The notes: a model not told the origin generated them from the letters alone. Counted from the stretch's first letter, positions 27,765-39,418 are shown. The stretch is 64,000 nt of DNA from Dehalococcoidia bacterium (GCA_034422735.1 DAOUJL010000079.1:37699-101698), one strand, 5' to 3'. Translations and numbers: made by a program.

Positions 27765-29180
27765 CTAGTTGCGGTCGGCGAGCCACTCCAGCATACGTAT
27801 GCCTATCTCCGTGGCAACGCCCAGAAGGTGCGGGTTGACGTGCCGGAGTTCGTCCGCGGGCGAGTTGATGCGGGTGAGGTCGTCGGAGATCAGGAAGAAC
27901 ACCGGAATGCCCGCCAGCCGGAACGGGCCGTGGTCGCTCGCCCCGCCCAGGCTGGCCCACGCCTCCTCGGAGAATCGGCCCATGTCCAGTCCAAAGTCCC
28001 TCCCGAAACCGGACGCCGCGGCGACAAGTTCTGGGTCGCCTGACGCCTCGAGTGTCGTTCCTGATCCGAAGGCGTCGAAATTCAGCATGGCGACGGTGTT
28101 TTCGATCTCTTCCGCGCTCATGTTGGCCACATAATGCTGGCTGCCGAACAGGCCGATTTCCTCCGAGCCGAACAGGATTATCCTCACGTCGAACGGGAAG
28201 TCGCTGTTTGCGATGTGCCCCGCCAGTGTCAGCACCGTGGCCACGCCCGACCCGTTGTCGCTGGCCCCTTCGGTGTCCGCAACGGTGTCGTAGTGCGCGC
28301 CGATTATCACCGTCCGGCCGTCGTCCGCAGTTCCGGGCATGTCGGCAATAACATTGCGTGACGGCGATTCCGCGACTCCGACGTGAACGGTGGCCTCGGC
28401 CTCACCCTGCTCGACGATAGCCAGCAGACGGTGGCCGTCCGACTGGCTGACGGCCACCGCCGGAATCCTCGACTCGCTGGTGAATGTGCCGCGGAACAAG
28501 CCTTCTTCGTTGTTGAAGACAATCGCTCCGACCGCCCCGGCATCGGCCACACGATTCACCTTTTCCTCGAAGGTGACTCTCCCACGTTCGATCAGTGCGA
28601 CGCGGTTCTCCAGTCCCCCTGCTGGGATGTCAGTCTCGAGCGCGCGGCCCGCGTAGGCAAGGACGCCGCTTGCGCTGCCGTGCATTGACATGGAGATTGG
28701 GAACACGCGAGGCGAGCCGGAAGCACCGCCGTTCGTGGTGCGGAACTCGACCTCGGCGTTAAGCAGGTTAACGGTAAAGTCCTGGAGCGACGTATCGTAG
28801 CCGAGAGCGTTCAGCCTGTCCCGCAGGTGCAGCGCGGCCTCCAGCTCCTGGTCGGTAGCGCTCTCCCTGGGGCTGTACTGTTCGGTAAGCTCCTCCAGTG
28901 TCGCGTAGACCTGGTCGGAATACGCGCTGGGAACGGCTGTCGCGACAGCGGGCGCGGCCGTAGCCGTGGGCCGCGGCGCGGGCGGCTGCGTGGGCAACAT
29001 CGCCATGGGTGTCGGCGACGGCCTTGGCGTGGCCGTCGCTGTCGGGGGCGCAGGCGTGGCCGTCTGAGAGACGGCGTCCACGGGCGAATCCGCCTCGCCG
29101 CATGCCACCAGCACGGCCAGGAGCGCGGCAGCGAGCAGCGGCAGCAGCCTGGGAGCGAGAATGTTCGTCGAGTGCTTCAT
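27765..29180 (-). CDS. M28 family aminopeptidase lipoprotein with PA domain
   Basis: Lipobox LVAC, Pro/Thr linker, PA domain (LIERG..FEEKV), GAHYDT, GASDNGSG, SEEIGLFGS, SDHGPF. Confidence 0.92.
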   Translation of the reverse strand: MKHSTNILAPRLLPLLAAALLAVLVACGEADSPVDAVSQTATPAPPTATATPRPSPTPMAMLPTQPPAPRPTATAAPAVATAVPSAYSDQVYATLEELTEQYSPRESATDQELEAALHLRDRLNALGYDTSLQDFTVNLLNAEVEFRTTNGGASGSPRVFPISMSMHGSASGVLAYAGRALETDIPAGGLENRVALIERGRVTFEEKVNRVADAGAVGAIVFNNEEGLFRGTFTSESRIPAVAVSQSDGHRLLAIVEQGEAEATVHVGVAESPSRNVIADMPGTADDGRTVIIGAHYDTVADTEGASDNGSGVATVLTLAGHIANSDFPFDVRIILFGSEEIGLFGSQHYVANMSAEEIENTVAMLNFDAFGSGTTLEASGDPELVAAASGFGRDFGLDMGRFSEEAWASLGGASDHGPFRLAGIPVFFLISDDLTRINSPADELRHVNPHLLGVATEIGIRMLEWLADRN

Positions 29181-29293
29181 GGCGTGGGAGTTCCATCCTG
29201 GCGTTTGATGTTATAACGACGCCGACCGGCAGTAGTTAGGACGCGCAGGTGTGGACCGCTCTACGTTCCCATACGGAAGATGCAGGGGCCTCG

Positions 29294-30367
29294 TCAGTTT
29301 CGCGGCGCGTACCTGGCCATCACCCGCTGGAGCTCGTCGAGCGGCAGCGCGTGCGCGGTGCGCCCATTCACCCCGACGGTCGTCTCCGCGGCCGCCAGCG
29401 CGTTCAGAATCGACTCCTCCACCGCCTCCGCCGTCGCGTCGAACATGGGGTCCATGTGGTCGTTCGGCATCATGGACAGCGGTACCGGGCCGTCGGCGTC
29501 CCTGGGCAGGTGGTTGCCAGTCGCGAACGCCAGGAATATGTCGCCGCTGCCGTTGTGCCCGCTGCCTCCCACGCGGGCCAGCCCGACGGTGGCGCGCTGC
29601 GTGAGGCGGCGGCACTGGAAGGGCAGCAGCGGGGCGTCGGTCGCCACGATGATGATGATCGAGCCGTCGGTCGTCATCTGCTCCAGCACCGAGGGCGTGT
29701 GGTCGTAGCCGATCTCCTTGCCCACCGGCACGCCGTTGACGCGAAGGTGCTGTCTCGCGCCGTAGTTGGCCTGCACCAGCACGCCGATGACGTATTCCCC
29801 GGACGCCGTCTCCACCACCCGCGACGAGGTGCCGATGCCGCCTTTGAACTCGTGGCATACCATGCCTGTCCCGCCGCCCACGTTGCCCTCGGCCACCGGG
29901 CCGCCCGACGCCGAGTCGATGGCCTGGTACACGTGCTCCTCGGTCACGTGGAAGGCGCCGATGTCGTTGAGCCTGCCGTCGTAGGTCTCAGCGACGACGG
30001 GCAGGGACCAGCCCCGCAGACCCTGGCGCGCGGCGTGCTTGACCATCGCGTCCCTCACAGTGCCCACCTGGTGCGTGTTGGTGATGCCGATGGCGGAGGT
30101 CAGCAAGCCGGACTCCTCCACCCACAGCAGCCCGGTCATCTCGCCGTTGCCGTTGAAGCGGTGGTAGCCGGCAAACGCCCTGTCAGCGGCGATGGTGCCG
30201 CCGCGCGGCAGCACCATGGTTACGCCCGTCCTGGCGACGCGCGGTTCGTCGTACACGACCGTCGTGTGGCCCACCCGCACGCCTGCCACGTCGGTTATGG
30301 CGTTGTGGGCGCCGGTGGGATGGTCTCCGATTACGATGCCGAGGTCGCGGATGCGCGCGCGTGTCAT
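29294..30367 (-). CDS. P1/S58 family peptidase (DmpA-like L-aminopeptidase/D-esterase)
   Basis: NAITDVAGVRVGH, NGNGE, EGNVGGGTGM, self-cleavage site NG-SGD. Confidence 0.92.
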   Translation of the reverse strand: MTRARIRDLGIVIGDHPTGAHNAITDVAGVRVGHTTVVYDEPRVARTGVTMVLPRGGTIAADRAFAGYHRFNGNGEMTGLLWVEESGLLTSAIGITNTHQVGTVRDAMVKHAARQGLRGWSLPVVAETYDGRLNDIGAFHVTEEHVYQAIDSASGGPVAEGNVGGGTGMVCHEFKGGIGTSSRVVETASGEYVIGVLVQANYGARQHLRVNGVPVGKEIGYDHTPSVLEQMTTDGSIIIIVATDAPLLPFQCRRLTQRATVGLARVGGSGHNGSGDIFLAFATGNHLPRDADGPVPLSMMPNDHMDPMFDATAEAVEESILNALAAAETTVGVNGRTAHALPLDELQRVMARYAPRN

Positions 30368-30472
30368 AGCCTGCTCCTGTGATCTGATTGGGCGTTGCCA
30401 TGATAGCCGCGGCCAACGGACGTGGCAAACGCCGCACTTGGATTGTATGCGCCTCTGTTATACTAACTGGCT

Positions 30473-32302
<1,830 letters not shown>

Positions 32303-32339
32303 ACTCGCCGCGGGCGCCAGCACACCGCCGCTCGCCAGC

Positions 32340-32368
32340 TTGACTTTTCAACCACGAATGGCTATATT
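32340..32368 (+). promoter_or_regulatory. Putative sigma70 promoter for the acyl-CoA dehydrogenase cluster
   Basis: TTGACT-N17-TATATT. Confidence 0.6.
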
Positions 32369-32440
32369 CACGCTCACAAGGCTGCATTCGCGCCGGTATG
32401 GTCGGAAGCACGCCGTGCGCTAAACCCGAGGAGGTTGGCT

Positions 32441-33664
32441 TTGGACTTCACGTATCGTTACACGGATGAGCAGGAAGAGTTCAGGAGGGAAGTTCGCGAC
32501 TGGCTCGCGGCGAACGTCCCGGAGGACATGCGCGCGCCCGTCGACAGGCTCGACCTGAGCGACGAGCAGTACTGGTTCTGGCGTGACATGCACGTCACGC
32601 TGGCCGAGAAAGGTTGGCTCAACCCCACCTACCCCAAGGAGTACGGCGGCGGCGGCCTGAGCGGCGAGCACGAGACCATCCTGCTGGAGGAGTTCCGGCG
32701 CGCCCGCGTGGTGCCCAGCTTCACCAACACCCTCATCTACCCCACGCTGCTCGTGTGGGGCACCGAGGAGCAGAAGCAGCAGTTCCTGACCCCGATGCTC
32801 AAGGCCGAGAAGATCGCCTTCCAGCTATTCACCGAGCCGAACGCCGGCTCCGACCTGGCCTCCCTGCAGAGCAAGGCGGTGCGCGACGGCGACGACTGGA
32901 TTCTGAACGGCCAGAAGATATTCATCAGCGGCCATGGCGACCCGGATTGGCTGTACGGCCCGCTGATCACCGACCCCGACGCGCCCCGGCACCGGAACCT
33001 GGGCTACTTCATGGTGCCCTATCCCTCCGAGGGCCTGGACATGGAGCGCATGGGCCTGCTCACCGGCCACGACCAGAGCATGTTCTTCATGGACAACGTT
33101 CGCGTGCCCGGAGACCACCTCGTGGGCCAGGAAGGTCAGGGCTGGCAGGTGTCTCAGACCACGCTCGAGGTCGAGCACGGCGGACGCGGCATAGCCTTCC
33201 CGATCGACGAGTCGATGGATAACCTCCTCACCTACGTCAAGGGAACCAGGCACAACGGCGGCAGCCTCGGCGACGATCCGGTGGTCCAGCAGGACACCAT
33301 GGACGCGCTGCTCGAGACGCACGTGCACACCCTGCTGGCGCAGCGCAACTACTCGATGTACCAGGCGCGCCAGGAGATGAGCTACCACGGCTCGCAGACC
33401 TCGATGTTCCGCAAGGAGTACCACATGCGGAACGCCGACCGCGCCCGCAACGTGATGGGCATGTACTCGCTGCTCGGCGTCAACGAACCCCGCGCGCCCT
33501 TTAAGGGCGAGCCGGAGGTGTTCCAGCGCAGCAGCCTCACCGGGGCGCACCCCGGCGGCACCATCGAGATCCAAAAGGTCATCATGGCCCGCCGCATGGG
33601 CATCAGCCGCACCAGGGAGCGCGCGGCGCCCACGCCGTCCACCACGGGCGTCCGCGGCGTGTAG
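32441..33664 (+). CDS. Acyl-CoA dehydrogenase family protein (full length)
   Basis: TEPNAGSDLASL, NGQKIF, F.DNVRVP, GGTIEIQK. TTG start 6 nt after GAGGAGG. Confidence 0.92.
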   Translation: MDFTYRYTDEQEEFRREVRDWLAANVPEDMRAPVDRLDLSDEQYWFWRDMHVTLAEKGWLNPTYPKEYGGGGLSGEHETILLEEFRRARVVPSFTNTLIYPTLLVWGTEEQKQQFLTPMLKAEKIAFQLFTEPNAGSDLASLQSKAVRDGDDWILNGQKIFISGHGDPDWLYGPLITDPDAPRHRNLGYFMVPYPSEGLDMERMGLLTGHDQSMFFMDNVRVPGDHLVGQEGQGWQVSQTTLEVEHGGRGIAFPIDESMDNLLTYVKGTRHNGGSLGDDPVVQQDTMDALLETHVHTLLAQRNYSMYQARQEMSYHGSQTSMFRKEYHMRNADRARNVMGMYSLLGVNEPRAPFKGEPEVFQRSSLTGAHPGGTIEIQKVIMARRMGISRTRERAAPTPSTTGVRGV

Positions 33665-33679
33665 CCAACCGTACCAATA

Positions 33680-33718
33680 CTCCCTTCCCCCTCGCAGGGG
33701 GAAGGTTAGGATGGGGGT
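33680..33718. repeat. BoxC-like repeat between ACAD genes
   Basis: CCTTCCCCCT-CGC-AGGGGGAAGG-TTAGGATGGGGGT. Confidence 0.65.
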
Positions 33719-33816
33719 CAACCCGCCGCACAACCTGAGACCCTTCGCAATGGGGCCTTCCGAATCCGGACAAGGCCCCATTTGCTTTGTCTCACAGCCG
33801 CCAAAGGAGCACCCAG

Positions 33817-34635
33817 ATGGACTTCACCCACCCCTACAGCAAAGACCAGCAGGCCTTCCGCGTGGCCGTGCGCTCGTGGCTGGAGCACAACGCGCCCACC
33901 GGCCTGCGCATCCCGCCCGACGGCCGCCCGCTGGACGAGGAGACGCAGCGGGTGGTGAAGGACTTCCGCCGCCAACTCGGCGCGCAGGGCTGGCTCGCCC
34001 CGTCGTGGCCGCGCGAGTACGGCGGGGGCGCGATGAGTTCGGCGTTCGAGGCCATCATCATGGAGGAGATCCAGCGAATCGACCTGCCAAGCATGGGCGA
34101 CAACAACCGCTGGATACCTGCGATGATGGTGTGGGGCACCGAGGAGCAGAAGCGCCGCTACATAACCCCGGCGCTCAAGGGCGAGACCATCATCTGGCAG
34201 GCGTTCAACGAGCCGGACTCAGGCTCCGACCTGGCGGGCATCCGCACCACCGCCGTGCTCGAGGACGGGCAATACCACGTCAACGGGCGAAAGCACTACA
34301 TCACCGGGCGTTTCGATCCCGACTACCTCTGGACCCTGGCGGTCACCGACCCCGACCGCCCCCGCAGGCTAAACTTGGGTGTGTTCATGGTGGACGCGCG
34401 GTCGCCGGGCATCCGCATCGAGACCCAGCGGCTGCTCATGGGCAGCGAGCGCCGCGTCTACCTGGAGGACGTTGTGATCCCCGAGGACTGCCTGGTCGGC
34501 CTGCCCTACCAGGGCTGGGAGATAGCGCAGACCATCCTCGAAGGCGAGCGCGGCGGCTACACCCTGCGCGGCGACGAAAACGAGACGGCGGAGAGCATAG
34601 AACGCTTCCTCCGCGAGGAGCGCGAGCGGTCGTAA
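33817..34635 (+). CDS. Acyl-CoA dehydrogenase-like protein lacking the C-terminal helical domain (272 aa)
   Basis: NEPDSGSDLAGI, NGRKHY, LEGERGG, then a stop. AAGGAG RBS upstream. Confidence 0.85.
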   Translation: MDFTHPYSKDQQAFRVAVRSWLEHNAPTGLRIPPDGRPLDEETQRVVKDFRRQLGAQGWLAPSWPREYGGGAMSSAFEAIIMEEIQRIDLPSMGDNNRWIPAMMVWGTEEQKRRYITPALKGETIIWQAFNEPDSGSDLAGIRTTAVLEDGQYHVNGRKHYITGRFDPDYLWTLAVTDPDRPRRLNLGVFMVDARSPGIRIETQRLLMGSERRVYLEDVVIPEDCLVGLPYQGWEIAQTILEGERGGYTLRGDENETAESIERFLREERERS

Positions 34636-34662
34636 CCGGCCCAGCCGGCCACTGATTCAGTA

Positions 34663-35811
34663 ATGGACTTCGCCTACCAATACACGGATGAACAGCAGCG
34701 CTTCCGCGCCGAGGTGTCGGCCTGGCTCGACGCCAACGCGCCGCCTGACACTGCGCGCGGTCCCGACAGCCCGTCGCGGCAGCGCCTGCGGCTTGCCCTG
34801 GGCGAGAATGGCTGGCTCGCGCCGTCTCTGCCAGTCGAGCAAGGGGGCGCGGGCCTGACGCCGGACCACACGGTCGTGGTGCTGGAGGAGTTGGACAGGC
34901 GCGGGCTGCTCTCGGTGCACGACGCCGCGGGTGCCCAGCTACGCAGCGCGCTGATCGAGTCCGGTTCGGAGTCGCTGCGCGGCGAACTGCTTCCGGCGCT
35001 CGCCAGTGGCAGGGCGGCGGTGTGGCGCATGGTGCTGGACCCGCACGCCGAGCCGGGCAGCGACACGCTTGGCGTGAGCGCGCGTCCCGACGCCGACGGG
35101 TTCATCCTGGACGGCGAGGCCGCCTTCACTGGCGCGGGCGCGGCCCCGACGCACCTGTGGACGCTGGCGACTTCCGAGCGCGACGGTGCGATTCTGGCGC
35201 TGGTCGTCCCGGCCGCGTTGCACGGCGTCAGCGTCTCCACGCCCCGCACGCTCGCGGACGGCGCCTTGCACCGGGCCGCGTTTGAGGACGCCTGGGTTCC
35301 GCGCACGTCCATGCTGGGGGACGAGGCCGACGGCTGGCGTGTCACCCGCTCGGCGGCGCTGGACGACCCCGCGCTGGACCTCCCCGTTCCCGAGGTGAGC
35401 CGCGAGGCGGAGGCCGTGTTGCGGTTCGCCAGGAATACGACGCACGAGGGCAGGCCGCTCAGCGAGGAGCCGGTGCGCCGGATGCTGCTGGTGGAGGCCT
35501 ACGTGGACAGCCGGCTGTCGCGGCTGCTTGCGATGCGCAACCAGTGGCGCCGCGCCGCGGGACTGCCCATGACGTACGAGCTCGCCCAGGCGGACATGCT
35601 GAGGGAGCGGGCCGCGCTGCGCCTGTCCCACATCACGCAGGAAGTGGCGGGCGTGTACGCGCTGCTGGACTCGGACGACCCCCGGTCAGGTTCGCCGGGC
35701 TTTGCGACGCAGCAGCGCCAGAGCGTCGCCGGCCAGAATCCGACCGGACTGCCGGACGCCCGCAGGCAGGCCATCGCGGAGGCGCTGGGCATGAGCAAGC
35801 CGGCCGGCTGA
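34663..35811 (+). CDS. Degenerate acyl-CoA dehydrogenase-family protein
   Basis: ACAD-like N-terminus (TDEQQRFRAEV, GWLAP..P.EQGG), but FAD/substrate motifs are eroded (DPHAEPGSD; C-terminal GQNPTGLP). Confidence 0.75.
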   Translation: MDFAYQYTDEQQRFRAEVSAWLDANAPPDTARGPDSPSRQRLRLALGENGWLAPSLPVEQGGAGLTPDHTVVVLEELDRRGLLSVHDAAGAQLRSALIESGSESLRGELLPALASGRAAVWRMVLDPHAEPGSDTLGVSARPDADGFILDGEAAFTGAGAAPTHLWTLATSERDGAILALVVPAALHGVSVSTPRTLADGALHRAAFEDAWVPRTSMLGDEADGWRVTRSAALDDPALDLPVPEVSREAEAVLRFARNTTHEGRPLSEEPVRRMLLVEAYVDSRLSRLLAMRNQWRRAAGLPMTYELAQADMLRERAALRLSHITQEVAGVYALLDSDDPRSGSPGFATQQRQSVAGQNPTGLPDARRQAIAEALGMSKPAG

Positions 35812-35823
35812 GGAGAACGACTC

Positions 35824-36393
35824 GTGCGCATCGGCATAATCTCTGACACCCACAGCCTTCTCGACGACGCCAGCGACATGCCGTCGCAGATCCTGGACGC
35901 CTTCCGGGGCGTCGACATGATCATCCACTGCGGCGACCTGGACACGCTGGGCGTGCTGGACTGGCTGGAGACCGTCGCGCCAGTGCTCGCCGTGCGCGGC
36001 TACCCCGACCCCGTCGAGGAGGGCGAGCGGCTCGCCGACTCGACGCGCGTGGTGGAGGCGGAGGGCCTGTCCATAGGCGTCATACACGACATCGCCTGGC
36101 CCGGCATCCGTGTGCGGCTGGAGAGCTTCTTCGAGTTCCCGGACAGGCCGTTCGAGGCGGTGATGCGCTCCAAGTGGGGCCGGCCCGTGGACGTGATAGC
36201 CTTCGGCGACACGCACGAGGAGATGGTCGCCTGGTACGAGGGCGTGCTGCTGGTCAACCCCGGCAGCCCCACCAAGCCGGGCCTGCGCCACGGCGCGGGC
36301 GAACTGGGCACGGTCGCCATCCTCGAGGTCAGGCGCGGCGTAGCCACAGTGGAGCTGGTAAAGCTGCCCGGCCGGCTCTCACCCCCATCCTGA
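35824..36393 (+). CDS. YfcE-like metallophosphoesterase
   Basis: ISDTH, HCGD, VRG, HD, FGDTH, NPGS. Confidence 0.88.
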   Translation: MRIGIISDTHSLLDDASDMPSQILDAFRGVDMIIHCGDLDTLGVLDWLETVAPVLAVRGYPDPVEEGERLADSTRVVEAEGLSIGVIHDIAWPGIRVRLESFFEFPDRPFEAVMRSKWGRPVDVIAFGDTHEEMVAWYEGVLLVNPGSPTKPGLRHGAGELGTVAILEVRRGVATVELVKLPGRLSPPS

Positions 36394-36465
36394 CCTTCCC
36401 CCATCGTGAGGAAGGGACTACTGGGCCTCCTCTCCCTTGATGGGAGAGGATTGAGGTGAGGGTGA
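36376..36465. repeat. Inverted doublet of BoxC-like repeats
   Basis: CTCTCACCCCCATCCTGACCTTCCC...GAAGGGAC followed by CCTCTCCC-TTGAT-GGGAGAGG-ATTGAGGTGAGGGTGA. Confidence 0.7.
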
Positions 36466-36482
36466 GTGCATGAGGGCGTCCC

Positions 36483-37541
36483 CTACCCCCGCGAAATCCC
36501 AACCCCCTTGCCCTTTAGGATCACCTGGCCGTCGCTGTTGTAATACGTCGTGCCCGTCACCGTAAACACCAGCCGGTTCTTGGAGCCCTGCCGCTCGTAG
36601 ATGTCCAGCAGCCGCGACTTCCTGCTCAGCTTCTCGCCCAACCTCGCCAGCCCGAGCACCTCGTAGGACTGCCCGCCGTTCAGGCCGCCCTGGGTGGGCA
36701 GACCCTCGATCTCGTGGTCGCGTTCGCCGCTCATCACGCCCGGAGGGCCGCCCCAGTAGTTAGGATTCTCCCGTATTCGGCGGGTGAGCTGGTCCGGCTC
36801 GGTGGGCGGGTGCTTGAAGCCGTCCACCGGATAGAGCGGCATGGCCATCACAGAACCCCAGCGCGTGGACTTGGCGTACTCCTCGTCCCAGTACAGCCGG
36901 TCCGGGTCCGGTATCGCCTGCGAGAACCTGCGAAGCTCCGGCAGCGACACCGAGTCCCAGCTAGTGCCCTCAGACTCCAGGCCTATCTGGCTGCGCACCT
37001 CGTCGTTAACGTACAGCGCGCCCTCCATGTTGTGGCCGGGCTCGTAGTAGTCGTCGGGTTCTTGCAACTCCTGCGGCGGCACAAACGGGTAAGAAACGTC
37101 CGGGCCGTTCTTCAGGGGAAGTGCCACCACCGCGGAGCCGGGAGATGTTTCCTGTCCGTTCTGGTTCCTCATGCCGCAGTCCAGGTCGACGATGCCGATA
37201 CCGTCGATCTCGCGCATCTCGCGCACGCGCGCCCACACGGTGAACACGTCGAAGGGGTAGTGCATGGCGCGGTACTGCATCTGGAGCTTCCAGAGCCAGC
37301 CGCCTTGACCGGCCCAGTCCTTGAACACGCGGGCGATGGGGTGCTTGCGCCAGTTGCCGTTCGCCACGATGTCGTCGAGCTGGAAAACCGATGTGGCGAA
37401 CTTGTAGTCGTAGTGGAACCTCTCCCAGTTCTCCTGGGCGGCGCACCAGCGCGCGATGTGGGCGTTGCTCCAGGGACCGTACTCCTGCGTCGGCACCTCC
37501 ATGCCAACTTCGATGTCTTCCAGATAGACCTGGTCGGTCAT
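36483..37541 (-). CDS. Tandem hot-dog-fold (MaoC-like plus MaoC-N/FAS1-like) hydratase/dehydratase
   Basis: N-half: YLEDIEVG, RFHYD..FA. C-half: LRRF..AIPD....YWDEEYAK, NGGQSYE. Confidence 0.75.
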   Translation of the reverse strand: MTDQVYLEDIEVGMEVPTQEYGPWSNAHIARWCAAQENWERFHYDYKFATSVFQLDDIVANGNWRKHPIARVFKDWAGQGGWLWKLQMQYRAMHYPFDVFTVWARVREMREIDGIGIVDLDCGMRNQNGQETSPGSAVVALPLKNGPDVSYPFVPPQELQEPDDYYEPGHNMEGALYVNDEVRSQIGLESEGTSWDSVSLPELRRFSQAIPDPDRLYWDEEYAKSTRWGSVMAMPLYPVDGFKHPPTEPDQLTRRIRENPNYWGGPPGVMSGERDHEIEGLPTQGGLNGGQSYEVLGLARLGEKLSRKSRLLDIYERQGSKNRLVFTVTGTTYYNSDGQVILKGKGVGISRG

Positions 37542-37587
37542 GCTACCTAACCTCCGGCGCGCTCGCGCGCTCTGTTTTCCCTTCTGG

Positions 37588-38631
37588 CTATGATGAATGA
37601 ATTTGGACCTTAATCGAGCCTGTGGACTTGTCGTAAGCGGTCTCGAAGCCGCGCTGGATATCGTCCAGCGAGTACCTGTGCGTCACCATCTGGCCCAGGT
37701 CGGCCTGGCCCCGCGCCATCATCTCGATGGCAAGCTCGTAGTCGTGCCGACCGTCCAGCACGTTGTAGCAGGACGAGAAGGCTATCGTCTGCTCCTTGAG
37801 CATGGGCGGAAGCCAGTCCACCGTGATGGGCCGGCGGAAGCCGCCTACGATGGCGATGCGCCCCTGCCGCCGCGTCACCTCGATGGACTGCACGGCGGTG
37901 GCCTCACTCTTACCGCCCACGGTCTCGATCGTCAGGTCCGCGCCGCGGCCGTCCGTGGCGTCCGCTAGCGCCTCCCAGAACGCGGGGCCGTCCGGGGGCA
38001 GCGCGTCGTCTGCGCCCAGTCGCTTGGCCATGGCGGCCTGCTGCTCGTGGCGCGCCGTGGCGAACACGCGGCCCGCGCCGAGCGCCCGCGCCGCGGCAAT
38101 CGCCGTCAGCCCGATGTTGCCGGAGCCCAGCACCGCGACCGTCTCGCCACCCTTGAGGTCGCCGCGGCGGACGCCGTGCACCGACACCGCCAGCGGCTCC
38201 ACCAACGCGCCCTCCTCCCAGGACAGCGCGTCGTCCAGCGGGTAGCATCCCGCGGCCCTGCGCAGGATGTACTCCGCGAATCCGCCGCCGTGGGCGTCGT
38301 CCTTATGCTGGCACTGGATGAACTGTCCCTGGCGGCAGAACCAGCAGTCTCCGCATGAGCGCCCGTGGCCGATGGTCTCGACGGCAACCCGCTCGCCGAT
38401 TCGAGCAGGGTCGACACCCTCGCCCACCTCCACGATCTCTCCGGCGACCTCGTGGCCGGTGGGCAGGTCGTCCGGCTCGGTCTTGTCCGCGTTCATCAGC
38501 AGGTCCGATCCGCAGATGCCCACCGCGCGGACGCGGACGAGCGCGTCCAGCGGTCCCGGTGTGGGCTTAGGGAGTTCAGTGAGGCGCATAACGCCCTCGC
38601 CGTCGAACAGGGCGGCCTTCATCGTGGACAT
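37588..38631 (-). CDS. Zinc-dependent medium-chain alcohol/polyol dehydrogenase
   Basis: GICGSD, GHEVAG, CGDCWFC..C structural Zn site, GSGNIG. Confidence 0.93.
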   Translation of the reverse strand: MSTMKAALFDGEGVMRLTELPKPTPGPLDALVRVRAVGICGSDLLMNADKTEPDDLPTGHEVAGEIVEVGEGVDPARIGERVAVETIGHGRSCGDCWFCRQGQFIQCQHKDDAHGGGFAEYILRRAAGCYPLDDALSWEEGALVEPLAVSVHGVRRGDLKGGETVAVLGSGNIGLTAIAAARALGAGRVFATARHEQQAAMAKRLGADDALPPDGPAFWEALADATDGRGADLTIETVGGKSEATAVQSIEVTRRQGRIAIVGGFRRPITVDWLPPMLKEQTIAFSSCYNVLDGRHDYELAIEMMARGQADLGQMVTHRYSLDDIQRGFETAYDKSTGSIKVQIHSS

Positions 38632-38640
38632 CTCGTCCTC

Positions 38641-39327
38641 CTAACTCGGCTCAAGCGGCGGCAGCACGCGCTTGATCCACTCGGTGGCGTCGTTTACCGT
38701 CCGCTGGGCGATTTCGTGGCCCATGGGGTACTCGTGGTATTCGGGCGCGTAGCCCTCCGCTTCCAGGAAGCTCACCGCCTCGCGCGCGGCGTCGATGCCT
38801 ATCACCGCGTCGCGTGTGCCGTGCGCGACGAAGATGGGCTGGTCGCGCTTTTCGGGCAGCCTGCCGCGCAGGACATCGGGATCGGTCACCCTGCCGCTCA
38901 GCCCTAGTATGCCGCGGAACCTGCGCGGGTCGGGCAGCCCCACGCGGTAGCTCATCATGCAGCCCTGGGAGAACCCGCCGAGCACCAGGTTGCCCGGCTC
39001 GATGCGGTATGCTTCCATAACCTCGTCCAGCAGCGCGTCGATCAACTCCTCGGAAGCCTGCGCCTCCTCCGGTCCGCCCGCGCCGCCGGGCTGCGTCCAG
39101 GCGTAGCCCACCATGCCCGGGCCAAGCTGCACCTGCATGGGCGCGTTCGGGCAGATGTACACGTAGCCCCTGCTGTCGATGGCTGGAGTAAGACCCGCTA
39201 GGTCGCCCATGTGCGCGCCAAAGCCGTGCAGCAGCACAACCATGGGATAAATGGCGTCCGGGTCGTAGTCGTCCGGCTCAATCGCCAGGTAGGTCAGGGT
39301 GCTGCCCTGTCGTTCGAATGCGCGCAC
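38641..39327 (-). CDS. Phospholipase/carboxylesterase (alpha/beta hydrolase)
   Basis: LLHGFG, GGFSQG nucleophile elbow, HGTRD, GHEI. Confidence 0.92.
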   Translation of the reverse strand: MRAFERQGSTLTYLAIEPDDYDPDAIYPMVVLLHGFGAHMGDLAGLTPAIDSRGYVYICPNAPMQVQLGPGMVGYAWTQPGGAGGPEEAQASEELIDALLDEVMEAYRIEPGNLVLGGFSQGCMMSYRVGLPDPRRFRGILGLSGRVTDPDVLRGRLPEKRDQPIFVAHGTRDAVIGIDAAREAVSFLEAEGYAPEYHEYPMGHEIAQRTVNDATEWIKRVLPPLEPS

Positions 39328-39418
39328 GGTGCCTAATCACCTCCAGCGGGTCTCGTGCCGTACAGAGGTTATCGCTATACGCAGCCGATGACAAGCCTGC
39401 TGTCCATTAGGAAAGCCA

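Noticed and set aside
33817-35811. ACAD2 and ACAD3 as two halves of one frameshifted gene
   Set aside because: ACAD3 has its own complete ACAD-type N-terminus (MDFAYQYTDEQQRFR), so it is not the missing C-terminal part.
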